Source: Octopus bimaculoides
Taxonomy: Eukaryota
NCBI RefSeq assembly: GCF_001194135.2
Contig: NC_068982.1
Coordinates: 143,291,498 to 143,336,431 of the forward strand
Direction of reading: 5' to 3'
Length of the DNA: 44,934 bases
This document shows positions 1-13,229 of this stretch, piece after piece (position 1 is the first letter of the stretch; the number at the start of each line of letters is the position of its first letter). A program made the position numbers and the translations under genes. The notes under the pieces are model-generated. The model had not been told where the DNA came from, did no database searches, and worked only from the letters and a program-made list of their open reading frames with translations.

Positions 1-185
1 TATATATACTTACCTGGAAATGGATTCGTGATTGTCTAGCTTAAGATCAATATGACTGGTGTGTGGACATATACACATACTCCCCCACCAAAACACCTAA
101 TTATCGCCTCTGTGTGTGTGTATGTGGGCGTACCAGGAGTGTTCGTATGTGTGTCAGTGTAGGTATGTATCAGTAGCGTTCATTT

Positions 186-188
<3 letters not shown>

Positions 189-251
<63 letters not shown>
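189..251. repeat. (CT)n microsatellite
   Basis: Direct reading. Confidence 0.95.
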
Positions 252-1869
252 TTCCCTCCATCTGTCCCTCGCATACGCAATTTTATTATCCCTTTAACAC
301 TTTATTATTGCAGAAGATAGTAGAAAAGTACTTAGATTGAATATGGGTCAGCAGCGCTCGTTTGAATCGCCCTGTCTCCCTCCCTATCGAACGCACACTT
401 TTATCGTCCCCGTAGCAGTTTAATAAAACAGAAGATAGATAGATACGTAGATTGACAGATAGACAGTTTGACAGACAGACAGATGGATAGATAGACATAT
501 GTGTGAGCTGTCTATATGCCAATAGTGCTGGATTGTGTATCTCTTCGTCTTTGTCTCTTTCTATCACACATACTCTTATCAGCCCTTTTCCCCAGCGCAT
601 CACATTCACGTGACAGGTTGATGACACCACAGGAATCTGTCGTTAGCACTGTAATACAGTAATAAATATATAAGAAATATATAATTAATTTTATAGTAGA
701 GCTATTTCATCATACGTTTATTATCTAAATGTCTTTATTTTATTTACTTAATTAACTCCTCACTGTGAACAGGTATATCCTTTTGAAATCCTTTATTTAT
801 TAATTGTTTTTTTGCGAGTCATAATTATGTTGACTCACGGGGAGTTTTATGTAGAACAATGTAATAAAATGCGACTAAAAATAAATCCGTAAATTCCGAT
901 TTGTTGGTTAATGAAGTTTATGCTATTAATGTTGTGGCCTACCTTTTGTAAAAGGTTGTATATCCCTGTGTCAGACTGTAATATATAGATGTATGTAAAT
1001 TATAAAAGGTTAAATCAAAGCACTTGCATTTGAGATAAGCGAGTAACAAAAAATAAACTCCAATACGCTTAGAGGGAATATTGATTAGAGAAAAAAAAAC
1101 TTGATCCAGGACGAGTTCACGAAATTCTTGTTGCAATTGTATGTCGGAAAGATGTAAACAAAAGAAATCTTTATAGACACGCAGAAAAAGAGAAAATTTT
1201 TTCCAAAGAGAAGATATAACGAAAAATAAGTAAGATCGCTCTAAGAAATCAACTGAATATTGCATCAAACTTAACATTGACAAAGTAAAGTAGCTATTAT
1301 ATGAAAACAACTCGTGTACAGATATCAAATCTCTAACAACAGATAAATAAAACAATGTATAATATAACATGCAAGTATTTCCTGTTCTTAATAAGATCCA
1401 TAACATAAACTCACCAATATAAAACAAGGGAAAATAAGGAAATATCCATAGTAAAGAAATTTCAATTAGGGAAAGAAAATAGAATTAGCCAAAATCAAAG
1501 AGCAGCCGATAAACAAATCCTCGTTGTTTGACAAAGAAAACGTCGTTATGTAAATTGTCAATAATGTCTTGAACAAACACAAAACAATTTTAGCTGGAAA
1601 TCGATAAAATCCAAACATACCATTCCTCCATCATTATGAAGGATCATTTAAGAGGTTAGAGGCTGAATATGGGAATAATGAAAGGTGAACATGAGAACAA
1701 TAGCGCTTATTGGAAGAAATAAGAATCCACAAGATTATCGGTGAATTCGAACATAAAGTATTTTGAAATACGTTCAAGAATTTTCTGAAAGAACCACAAA
1801 CAAAATCTGAATAGTTTATCGAGAGAAAGCAATACGAATGCGAAAGATAAAAAGGAGCTTGAAACGTTA

Positions 1870-2321
1870 AACTATAGAAAACATAACATGGTTGTTTAGA
1901 GTGTATCCAGCCTTATTATACGTTGTACCTGAAAGAATAAGTACTCACTTGAAAAATAATCCCAATATTCTCCCAAAAGTATAGAAAAAATTATTCCACG
2001 TGAACACAAACGTCAGTTATTAGCGATGCATAATTATACGACTGAAAAACATTGTTCTTAACGATATTAAGTAGATATAACAGACGAGCTGTGGATTTAA
2101 ATTGCAAAACGAAGTCGGTAACCTCTCCGAAGAAAATATCTCAAGAGGTATAATGTTTTTGTCTAGATCTGATACCATTAACTACCATTCTAAATAAAAC
2201 TTTATATAGCCTACAAGAGAGATAGTTTAGGAAACAACCACAAAAATGACCTGAAAATGGTTGTTGCAGAAGATAAAGAAAACACTGTAAAGATATCAAG
2301 AAGGCATTTGTTTTGAAAAAG
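1870..2321 (+). mobile_element. Degenerate reverse transcriptase remnant of an R4/Dong-like (RLE-type) non-LTR retrotransposon
   Basis: Broken frames give NYR-x-IT, ERISTHLKNNPNILP, NISRGI, FCLDLIPLTTILNKT, NH...DLK and a DI-x-x-x-F-x-LEK-like segment, in RT motif order. Many frameshifts and deletions. The element may extend upstream to about 1100. Confidence 0.65.
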
Positions 2322-2632
2322 AAACAAAAATGAAGAGTGTAAACTAATAACAATATACAAAGCGTGTTAGTTAAAAGACCGATGAATTAACCAGTGTGAA
2401 AAGTAATCTTAAGAAAAAAATCATACTAAATGCATCAAATTAATACTGAAATTGAAGTTTGAAATATCTCCATAAATTCCTTCTCATTTTAGAACAAGGC
2501 AAATAATTTTTAAGGGGAGGGACAAGTAGTTGACTGGCAGATTATTTTGTCAAACTTGAAAGGATGGGAGGATTTGATTTCAGGACGATGGAACATAAAG
2601 AATGAAATACCATAAAGCATTTTGTCTGACGA

Positions 2633-2636
<4 letters not shown>

Positions 2637-2679
<43 letters not shown>
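2637..2679. repeat. (GT)n microsatellite
   Basis: Direct reading. Confidence 0.95.
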
Positions 2680-2681
<2 letters not shown>

Positions 2682-4247
2682 CCGGATCCCGGATTTCTGG
2701 CTCTGCATTAAGAGATGCTCTGCCTTCATCAGTGGAATATACTCAAAAAGTATATAAATCAAAGCATGGCATTGTCTTGGAGTGCCCTTGCATCCATGAA
2801 TTGCAATGTGTTTTGAACACACATCACCTAAAAGAGGAGGTATTCTCCATTGAGGAAAAAGAAACAGCAATTTAAAGTTCTAATTTCATTCTACCAGAAC
2901 ATATTAAGAATGAACAAGTTACATTATACAATGTTATCATAATTATTTATTTACATATCAGGGGGATGAGCTGGCAGAATTAGTAGAGCATCAGACAAAA
3001 GGCGGTGCTCCAGCATGGCCACAGTCAAATGACTGAAACGAATAAAAGAATAATATATTTACATACATATGCTAGTTTATTTTCTCTTGTCTTTTCTCAT
3101 ACTGTATGAGCTTTTAATGTGGTTTTAGAGTCAATTTTTGGCTGCTATTTCAAGCAACTCTTGGATACCCTTAATTATAATTTTTTATTAATTAATACCT
3201 TTGAGGTTTTTATTCCCATGCTGGCCTCCTGATTAGATCGGTATTTTTAAATAACGATCTTATCCTTATTTATATAAATTTATATATTTATTTCGTCATT
3301 ATATTCACTGCGGTGGTATTTTTGACCAGATCGCGCGTTGAATTTTAGGCGAGCAATTTAAACTTGTCGTGTGCATACGTGAATATATATGTATGTATAC
3401 GTTCGTATATGTAAGTNNNNNNNNNNNNNNNNNNNNNNNNNNNNNNNNNNNNNNNNNNNNNNNNNNNNNNNNNNNNNNNNNNNNNNNNNNNNNNNNNNNN
3501 NNNNNNNNNNNNNNNNTATATATGCACACACACAAGAAAGGCCGTTTTCTTAATGTAATGTGGTTTTCTGTCAATTAGTGCTTTAAACCATCGATCGACG
3601 TATTATAGTCGCAAATAACTCATTAATCTCTTCCACAACAACTATTTCACCGTTCTCAGATAACGCTTACACTTCCTACCTGTTCCTGAACTTCCTGCTA
3701 TGTCCAACATCGACTGCAAACTGATGTGCTAAGATTTATTTTATTATATGGCCATACGCTGATAAACACAAATGGCGATGGCAACGCATTTATAGAGTGG
3801 GACTCGGTTAAACCATATACTGTTTTATCAACACCATCATGCCATGAGAATATAATTATGTACTATCAATATCTTATATTACTAAGTTTTACGTCGCGAA
3901 AGTTAATGCCAGTCGCCATTTTGATATTAGTCGTTATAATATGCGTCGACTTCTAGTGGAGGAAACCACGCTGTTTTGATACATTTTTGGCATAGTTTTG
4001 ATTTGTACCTTATGGATTTCTTCGTTTCCTCAGAATGTTTCCCTGCGCGATATTGCTCGATTTTTAACTTTAATTTTTTGGTACAAATCTACGAGATACT
4101 AATGAATGTTTACGATGTTTATGCAGTTTCTGACAACGGAAATGAAATGAACAGGATGAAAACAATAGTTGAAACTAGGATCTCAGATTTCGATCGAGGG
4201 CAACAAAGACAAAATAAAATCGCGTGAATTAGAATGAGAATTTTATT

Positions 4248-4625
4248 GAGGCACAGACGCGGTAAGAAGCTTGCTTCCAAACCACATAGTTCTGGGTTCA
4301 GTCCTAATGCATGGTACGCTGGGCAAGTGTCTTCTACTATAGCCCCACCTGACCAGAGTCATGTGAGTGGATATGGTAGATGATCACTAAAATAAGCCCG
4401 TCGTGTGCATATATATGTGTATATGTGAGTGTACGTGTGTGTATCTGTCCACTACAATCATTTGACAATTGATGTTGGTTTGTTTACTTCACCATTGCTT
4501 ATCGGTTCAACAAATGAGGCGATATAAGTACCGGGCTTTAAAATAAGTACTGGCATTGATTTTATTTGACTAAAGTCTTCAAGGTGGTGCCCCAACATGA
4601 CTAGGGTCCGATGTTTAAAGCATGC
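4248..4625 (+). mobile_element. tRNA-derived SINE, family B (internal TA/TG microsatellite), decayed
   Basis: ggtaagaagcttgcttccaaaccacatagttctgggttcagtcc...gggcaagtgtcttctactatagcc...aagcccgtcg, then a microsatellite, then a tail ending aaggtggtgccccaacatg. Confidence 0.8.
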
Positions 4626-5199
4626 AAATAATAAACGATCATTCTATTCTTCCCAAGAAGAACAGAGAGTCTACCAATTGTCAACTACTACGGTGACTCT
4701 CGAAGATTTTATTATTCTCTCCAGCCCTTTGAGTTCACTCTTTTCATTTGTGGTCCCACTTTGTAATCTATGGATTGGTTCCGTAGCAAAATACCCTCTA
4801 CTGCTTCCGTTTCTCTTTCTGGTCTCTCTCTCCTTTATTCGAATGTGTCTAATGTTGTTTTCTATTCCTCGAAGTGTTCTTCGCTCTCTTTCATCTCACC
4901 GTTGAAGTGATTTTAAATCTTTGCTCTGCATCTCATAAAATGATCCCATTTTCTGGGATTCATATTTTTTTTATATAATATTTCCGCCTGGGAGAATCTG
5001 GGGGAAAATAATAATGTAAGTAGCTTGCATCGTTGACATGAATTGGTTAAGTTTTACGTCATTGATACACAGCCAATTATGTACACACGCACACGCACAT
5101 GCACAAGAACACGTCAACATACACACGCATGCACACATTTACACATTTATACACAGCTCTTTATATATGGTTATATGTATTCTTATATAGAGAGAGGCA

Positions 5200-5231
5200 G
5201 ACAGACAGAGAGATAGATAGATGGATGGATG

Positions 5232-5298
<67 letters not shown>
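5200..5298. repeat. (GACA/GATG/GATA)n microsatellite
   Basis: Direct reading. Similar GATA arrays lie at about 29770-29824, 35285-35340, 39300-39337 and 41265-41371. Confidence 0.95.
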
Positions 5299-5300
<2 letters not shown>

Positions 5301-5302
5301 CA

Positions 5303-5534
5303 GGCCGCGAGCTGGCAGAAACGTTAGCACGCCGGGTGAAATGCTTAGCGGTATTTCGTCTGCCGTTACGTTCTGAGTTCAAATTCCGCCGAGGTCGACT
5401 TTGCCTTTCATCCTTTCGGGGTCAATAAATTAAGTACCAGTTACGCACTAGGATCGATGTAATTGACTTAATCCCTTTGTCTGTCCTTGTTTGTCCCCTC
5501 TATGTTTATCCTCTTGTGGACAATGAAGAAATAA
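5303..5534 (+). mobile_element. tRNA-derived SINE, family A (near full length)
   Basis: Head gcgagctggcagaaacgttagc (A-box-like) and gagttcaaattcc (B-box-like). The same sequence recurs several times in the window. Confidence 0.85.
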
Positions 5535-7295
5535 GCTAGATAGATAACAATACACTAGTAAAATAGAAAGATAGACTATAGAATCAATTTTTAGTAAAAT
5601 GTGCAACACAAGTAAGTAAAATGTGTTAGAATAAGCGTAAGATATGAAGTGAGACAACAACAAAGACTGTGTACAATTAAAATGAATATGTCGGTGGAAT
5701 AGAAGTGGATCTCACATTTTGGGTTGTACTGTTCATGAAAGAGAAGTAAAAGGATTGTGATATACAAAAGAAAAAGAATTAGAAGCGGAACCGAATTTTC
5801 CATTTATAACTTTATATAAAAATATGTTGTAAGAGTTGGTTCATGGAAACTGAAATTTCTTGCGTTATTAATGTCCGAATGAGTTATCTCATATGGTAAT
5901 GATTAAATCATTACCAGGTAGAGCAGTAAAATCGATATAATCGATTACAACATATTGCAGACGGTATCCCAGCATGGCCGCAGATCGATGGTTGTATACA
6001 ATAAGAGTAGAATAAAAGCAAGCCCATTGAAAGGACACGAACTGACCTTATTTGTGTCCAGTCTATGGTCATATTTAACCTCGGTCATAGAAATATATGA
6101 ACTCTGTAAAAACATTAGTTTTGTACATTAGGAGTGTTGCTGAAGTAAAAGCGACAAAACTATTACAGAACTAATAGCAATGTCTGCGAATACAAAGGAA
6201 AAACCACTTTAATGGAATTGGTCTATGATTATAACTGCCATCAACTGGAAATGGAATACGTACTGACCATTTGATGCAAGTATTTCAGCTAAACAATAAC
6301 AATAACAACAACAACAATAACAAAAAGTACATAAGAAAAAACACAATATGCCACTTTAAGTGACATCTTCAACAGAAGTATAAGTAGAAATACAATTCCT
6401 GGAGAGAAAACGAAAGAAAAATCGAAGATTTTAAAAGCGGAAAGAAATAACTAAATTATATTGGTCTGCTCTTTTTCTTTTCTTTTTTCTGTTTTTTTTT
6501 CTTTACTCCAGAAGTTTTGTTATTTGTAATGAGCGAACAAACAAGGGTCAGTCACTATCGATATTTCAACATATATTGATAAGACTGTCACATTATATTT
6601 GGCTTGATTGAGCTTCATAAAAGATGTCTTTCTTGCAAACATTCTTGAACAACGGCCTAGATGATCTGAACCGCCAACCTCATTCGCTTTTATATTCCAA
6701 CAGAGTACGGACGACTAACATTCACAAATACGATAAAAAAAAAATATATATATATATATATATAATACTTCCATGACACTCAGTAAACATAACATTTTAA
6801 CGAAAAATGTCGTAGTGGACAGCTTCTGTTTAAAATATTTACAACACTTTCTTCAAGAAGGGAAAAACAAATTATACACACATATATATNNNNNNNNNNN
6901 NNNNNNNNNNNNNNNNNNNNNNNNNNNNNNNNNNNNNNNNNNNNNNNNNNNNNNNNNNNNNNNNNNNNNNNNNNNNNNNNNNNNNNNNNNNNNNNNNNNN
7001 NNNNNNNNNNNNNNNNNNNNNNNNNNNNNNNNNNNNNNNNNNNNNNNNNNNNNNNNNNNNNNNNNNNNNNNNNNNNNNNNNNNNNNNNNNNNNNNNNNNN
7101 NNNNNNNNNNNNNNNNNNNNNNNNNNNNNNNNNNNNNNNNNNNNNNNNNNNNNNNNNNNNNNNNNNNNNNNNNNNNNNNNNNNNNNNNNNNNNNNNNNNN
7201 NNNNNNNNNNNNNNNNNNNNNNNNNNNNNNNNNNNNNNNNNNNNNNNNNNNNNNNNNNNNNNNNNNNNNNNNNNNNNNNNNNNNNNNNNNNNNNN

Positions 7296-7328
<33 letters not shown>

Positions 7329-7519
7329 ATAGAAAATGTAAGACAACAAAAGAAAGAAAGAGACTGCGATATTATGTAAATAGAGGAATTTATCTGTAAA
7401 TAATATGTGACAATTATTCGGTAGCCATGATAAAACTCCGAGTTTCGGATGCCGGGGTGGAAACCCACGCCGCCATCTCTTCAATAAGGATTATGTCGAA
7501 GTAGCATCTAGCATTTTAA

Positions 7520-9069
7520 TTTACATTTATACATGACTATAGCTTTAAATAGACCTACATATGTTTCGACTACATCCGTTAGTAACCGTTACAATTGCAC
7601 CTTTACTATAATACCGGTGCGATGTCTTCTGGGTCTTCACTGTAATATCCCTTGAAATTTAAATGGTCAAAGTTTTATGTTGTACGTTAATTGAGACTCG
7701 AATAATTTCAATTCTAAATATTGATTTGATAATCACTCGTTTATTGCTTATAGTCAATAATTTTAAAAAGTTCTGCTGTTTATATATTTATTACTCTTTT
7801 ATATTGACCAAAGGTAAATTTTCTCATATGCAAACATCTTAAAGGTTGTTCTTTTCTAGAATTTTATCATATTATTCTCTCATGTATAAATTTGATAAAA
7901 TCCTTCTATACACAGGTTATATTTACTAGTCCCTGTCTGTAAGGCTTTGTAGTACTAATTAATTATCAGTTGATAGTATAGTCTTTGTTTCTGTCTTTAA
8001 AAGACCAGATTAACCTACTTAGACTTGTTTGGAATTATCCAGTTTTGTTTTTAAAATGAGTGAGGTCACGCTGACGTAAAAGTATTCATCTCTCTGAGAT
8101 GTAACTTTACATCTATATATTACATTTTTAGTTTTACATTTATTATTAAGAGAACACTAGTCTTGGTTTGAACAATTACAGAGATAATTTTTATATTCCT
8201 CTCAGATTTTGTATTAATTTGATTGTTAGTGGTAAAGCGAAACTTGTTTTCACTATGTTCTTTTTTGCCATTTACTCTTTTACTTATATTTGTTCTATTT
8301 CTAGCGGAATTTTTATTTGATTCTGCGTTATTAATTAGATGAAATTGGGTTGTTTCCCTTCACGCGACTGTTAAATTCTTAGCGTTTTCTTCTCATCCAG
8401 TTTTTATATGAAAAATTATCTCTGTAATTGTTCAAACCAAGACTCGTGTTCTGTTAATGATAAATGTAAAACTAAAACTGTAATATATATAGATGTAAAG
8501 TTACATCTGAGGGAAATGAATACATTTACGTCGGTGTGACTTCACTCATTTTTAAAATAAGACTGGATAATCACTTCAATTCATATAAAGATAGAAATAG
8601 AAAATTCCACACAAGTCTAAGTAGGTTAATCTGGTCTTTTAAAGACAGAAAAAAACTATCCTATCAACTGGTAATTAATTAGTACTGCAAAATCATACAG
8701 ACCAGGAACTAGTAAATATGACCTATCGATAGAAGAATTTTATCGAATTCTTACACCAGAGTATAATATGATAAATTCTAGACAAGAACAAGCTTTACGA
8801 TGTTTGCATATGGGAAAATTTACCTTTGCTCAATATAAATAAGTTACTAATATTTAAACAATGGAAGTTTTTGAAATATTTGACTATAAGGAATAAACGA
8901 GTGGTTATCTAATCAATATTTGGAATTGAAAATAGTTCGCGTCTGAATTAATGTACACCATAAAACAATAACCATTTAAATTTCAAGGGATATTACAGTG
9001 AAAACCCTGAAGACATTTCACCGGTATTATAGTAAAGTTGCAATATTAAGGGTTACTAAGGGATGCGTC
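7520..9069. mobile_element. Penelope-like element (GIY-YIG) with inverted duplicated 3' part (fold-back)
   Basis: About 7568-8197 is the reverse complement of about 8404-9069. The + arm translates, with frameshifts, to LCNCSNQDSCSVNDKCKTKTVIY...EYIYVGVTSLIFKIRLDNHFNSYKD...HTSLSRLIWSFKD...MINSRQE...CLHMGKF, typical of the Penelope endonuclease C-terminus. Confidence 0.85.
7551..7636 (-). ncRNA. Degenerate type I hammerhead-like motif with long stem II in the Penelope 3' region
   Basis: Minus strand reads AGACC-CAGAAGA-(57-nt structured insert)-GAAAC-ATAT-GTA-GGTCT. The sister arm has canonical CTGAAGA at 9007-9013. Confidence 0.5.
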
Positions 9070-9167
9070 TTCTGTCAATTGTATACAAGTGCTAACCATT
9101 ACGCCAAACATGCATCATAATATTGTTAGTTCGGTTAAACTAAAGGGTTTGACCCGAGCAAAAAAAA

Positions 9168-9452
9168 AGTGTAATAGGGGCGTGTGGGAGAGGACTCGGA
9201 AAATTCAGATCGTGAATGTTCCGAGTCGTCTCACCACAGCCAAAAAAAATAGTCTAAAAGGTGTACAACAACATGTAGTAAACGAATATAAAAGAAATGC
9301 GCGATCGCGAACGGTGAGTGTGGGAGAAGACTCGGAAAATTCACATCGTGAATGTTCCGAGTCGTCTCACCACAGCAAAAAAAAAAACGAGTGTAATAAG
9401 TTAAGTCAGACTATGTGAATTTTCCGAGTCCTCTCTCCCACTCTATTACACT
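9168..9452. mobile_element. Small MITE-like element with terminal inverted repeats and two internal 56-nt hairpins
   Basis: agtgtaatag...gggagaggactcggaaaattca at the left end is inverted at 9415-9452. Near-identical hairpins lie at 9183-9238 and 9319-9374, each followed by gc plus an A-run. Confidence 0.5.
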
Positions 9453-11256
9453 ATTAAGACTGCGCTTAAATATTTCTTAGGTCTATTCAGAAATCGGTTT
9501 TTATGAAGATTATTAAAAGATGAACTGATAGTATTCAGAATTACATACCTTAATTATTATAATTCCAAAGTTACGAAATAAATCCTGAAAATAAAGCAAT
9601 CATCATATATAAACGAATATACAATCGAGCTTCATAAGTGATATCACTAATTCTGTATTAAAATGAATTACAGACCTCAGCTATGAGCGCAAAAGCAGAA
9701 CACCAGACATCATAGATTCATTGTCTTACAGGAGAAACACTAACTGGGTGATTGTTAATTCGCATATGACCGCCAAGCAGTTTCTCCAACTCTGTCTGTT
9801 TCTCTACAGCAATATATTATTTTCTCTCTTCATATGGCTGTGTGTGTCTAAAGGTGAGTTCCAATATTCATTGCTTCCCTTGAACGCCACACTACGTTTA
9901 GTGACCTAATGGCGTTTATTTAGGAATTCAAAAGCGCTTCGACTGTGGCATATACTACACGTATTAACCAGACTAGGCAACTCTAGAAACTAAAGAAGGT
10001 TATTGTTGGCCAGCTGCTGTTCTTACTTCACAGTCATGCCGAAAGAGGCTGTGGTGCTGTAGACCTGAAAAACTTTCAAATAGGATTTGAAGTGCAATTT
10101 GACCGCTTTGCTTCAGTTGATAGCAAAAAAAAGTTATACCCACCTTTGCCTAACTTTCGGAAGAACCCTTGTACAGTGTAGCTATTTCCTTATTTTACTA
10201 TATACCCTATATTTTAAGAAAAAGATGCCATGCTTCCCTTAGATATTAGAGGTCTCAGTAAAAATTAATTTATTTTCACTAGGAATTTCCCATCTTATAT
10301 TTTGTTTAAATTATTTTGCTTGTTTTCATCTTTTCTTGCTATACATACTAAAATTCACTCCAGATATTCAGAAAGAATCGTTGGACCGTCAGTCAAAATA
10401 GCTTGCGGTATTTAGTTGAGGTTTTTTTTTTTCGCTTTATTAAAATCGTATTACCAAGTGAATGCTGGGGTTGATCTAATCTGGTATATGCTCTGCCAAC
10501 TTATGTCGCATTAAGTGCATATATCAGAAAACACATGAAATCACATGATACTAATCTCACCTCATAGAACACTAAAAGCTCCAAACACGCTAATACATGC
10601 GAAGCAAATACGTAGCAAAAGAAACCATAAGTACCGGTTGGATGGGAACAAAAATAAAACTGTCAAGAATTTAAAGAAGTATATGGAAAAAAAACATGCT
10701 AAATGCTAGATAAAATGAGTCACAAATGGAAATGAAACCAGTACATGTCAGTTGTTATATAAGCTAGACTCTGATAAATACGAAAAGTAGCGTTTAAAGA
10801 TCAAACAAATAAGGATAAACGGAACGCATTATAACTGCCGTATAGTATCAAAGCCAGCTTACCATACAACGAACGCTAAAAGCATTTTTTTTTTATGAAA
10901 ATGAAAATGGTTGGTAAGTGTCCTAAATGTGTGACCAATATGATTAAACTAGTTGCTATAATTTGGCAAGTGATAAAAATGCTAGACAATGTCTCCATAA
11001 ACATTAACATAAAATTTGAAAACCTGCAGATATATGACAATGCCGAATAAAATGAGTCAGGTGCATAAACGAGAGATGTCTGTTGAGAAATAATGACGTG
11101 AATCGCACACTTTTAGCAAAGTAGTGTCTAATTGGTCAGTTTAATCGTCACATATCAATTGTGAATTGACTTCTTTTATTATTTTTACCTTATCAAAAGC
11201 GGTGGATTGGCAGATCAATTTGAGCGTGAGAAAAATGTCTTTTGTCACTCGTTACA

Positions 11257-11428
11257 GTGGCGAACTGGTAGATTCATTATTCCTCTGAGCAAAATGCTTT
11301 ATGGTATTTCACAAGTCTTCACATTCTGAGTTCAAATACCGCCGAGTTCGACTTTGCCTTTCATTTTTGGGAGGTTGGTGATATAAGTACCAGTTAAGCA
11401 CTGGGGTCGACGTAATTGACTTAGCCTC
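11257..11428 (+). mobile_element. SINE family A, decayed
   Basis: ttctgagttcaaataccgccgagttcgactttgcctttcat...aagtaccagtt matches the 5303 copy. Confidence 0.75.
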
Positions 11429-12136
11429 TTTCATGAACTGCGAACAAAGTACCTAAATATAAAATCGATATTTGTTATGGATGGCTTTAAATTCTGGGAT
11501 CAGTTGTCGACGTATGTTCATTCAACTTCATCTTTCATCATTTCGTGGTCGTAAAATTAAGGACCCGTCAAGCACTAGTGTTTTTTGTAATCAACTAAAC
11601 CTCCTCTCTTAAAAACAACCAAATATCCCTTAAATCAAACCCTTTCGGCTGATACAGCTAAGTTTACGAAGGGGTATGTTTTCTCGCATGGAAACAAATA
11701 TACGAACGTTCTAATTAGAATGCATTGGTCATAGGTCTATTTCGTTAGGTTGTCCAAGAGACAGCTAAACTAACATTGCCACTACTACTACTACTACTAC
11801 TACTATACACTACAACGCAACAATATACGTACACACGTAGGCACGAGAAACGCTACTATTCTTTGTTTCTTCGTAAGGAAAATACGCAGAAAGTACTAGT
11901 AAATTTATTAGCTTCTATGTGGTTGCCTGAAATGCTAGAAATAGCAACCGACTTTCAATGAAATTACACACAACCAGAGAACGCATTACATAGCCGTTGT
12001 ATTTAAGAACTTCTATTTCAACCAAGTGACTCCGTGTTCGATATCACTATGCGAAACCTTGGGCAAATATCTCCAGTCATCAGCTTGTAAAAGACTTATG
12101 GCAGGCAAAAGCTGTGTGGAATCCCATCATGTGTTC

Positions 12137-12175
<39 letters not shown>

Positions 12176-12938
12176 TGTGTGTGTGTAAGTTTGTGCATGT
12201 GCGTGTATACATTTACACATACGCATGAATCTATATATGCGTGTGTACATGTTAATTTATATGCATACATATATGCACATACACTCAAATATATATGCAC
12301 ATATATGTATGTATATGCATGTGTGTGTTTGCGTGTGCGTGTGTGTGTGTGTGTGTGTAAATGTATATACATGATAGTGTGCTACAGGGTTAGAAAGCTA
12401 CAGCAACGTATTTACGAGAATAAATAACAATAAAACAGAGCGGAGATATTGAGCTGTTACCTTAAAACTATTTAATGGCCTGATATTTCCTATATAAAAA
12501 CTCTACTTGTTTTACAACTTTGTAAAGGGGTTTTTATACCCCAAATATCAGGATCATTAAATATTTGAAGGCCACAATTCACTATACTTGTTACTGCTCT
12601 CACTGATATTACAGCATGGCTATGGCGTTCTAACTCACCGTAAATATATGTGCGTGTGTGTATGTGTGTGTGCGTGTGTGCGTATATATATATACACACA
12701 AACACACATATATATATATATATATGCGTGTGTGTGTGTGTGTGTGTGTCTGTGTGTGTGTGTATGTGTGTGTAATTGTTGCTAAATGTGACTAGAGTCT
12801 TAAAAGAACACCCTAGAAATAATTTCTAGCTCTAATTTCTAGCAGTGTAGGTGATTTTTTTTTTTAACACCCTTGTCACATTTAGTGACTATTATAGTCC
12901 TCTTTTTGATGAAACATTGTAACCAGCTGCTTATATTA

Positions 12939-12979
<41 letters not shown>

Positions 12980-13229
12980 TATAGATGAATTGAATGACTA
13001 TAAAGTCGGTGTTTATTCAAATTCACTTCATTTTCAAAATTTAGAACCTACTAATAGAATTTACCGTTTTTATCGAAGCCTGTTTCAAACTCACTGCTCT
13101 TCTGGTTCAATCACACGTTAAAACGCAGAAGAATGCAATAGGAAATATCAATAAATAATTCCTTCTCTATTTGGGTGCTGTCTTGTTCAGTGCCTCCCTC
13201 CAGTCGTTGAGTGCTGTCAGTTTTGAACC

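Noticed and set aside
6-17. atacttacctgg, identical to the 5' end of U1 snRNA (equivalently a perfect minus-strand donor CCAG|GTAAGTAT)
   Set aside because: Only 12 nt match. The following sequence does not resemble U1 stem-loop I, and no minus-strand exon is supportable.
10150-10260. LSEEPLYSV, loosely like the LEEAPY/F motif at the start of S1
   Set aside because: An in-frame stop lies immediately upstream, no Cys-rich continuation follows, and there are no suitable splice sites.
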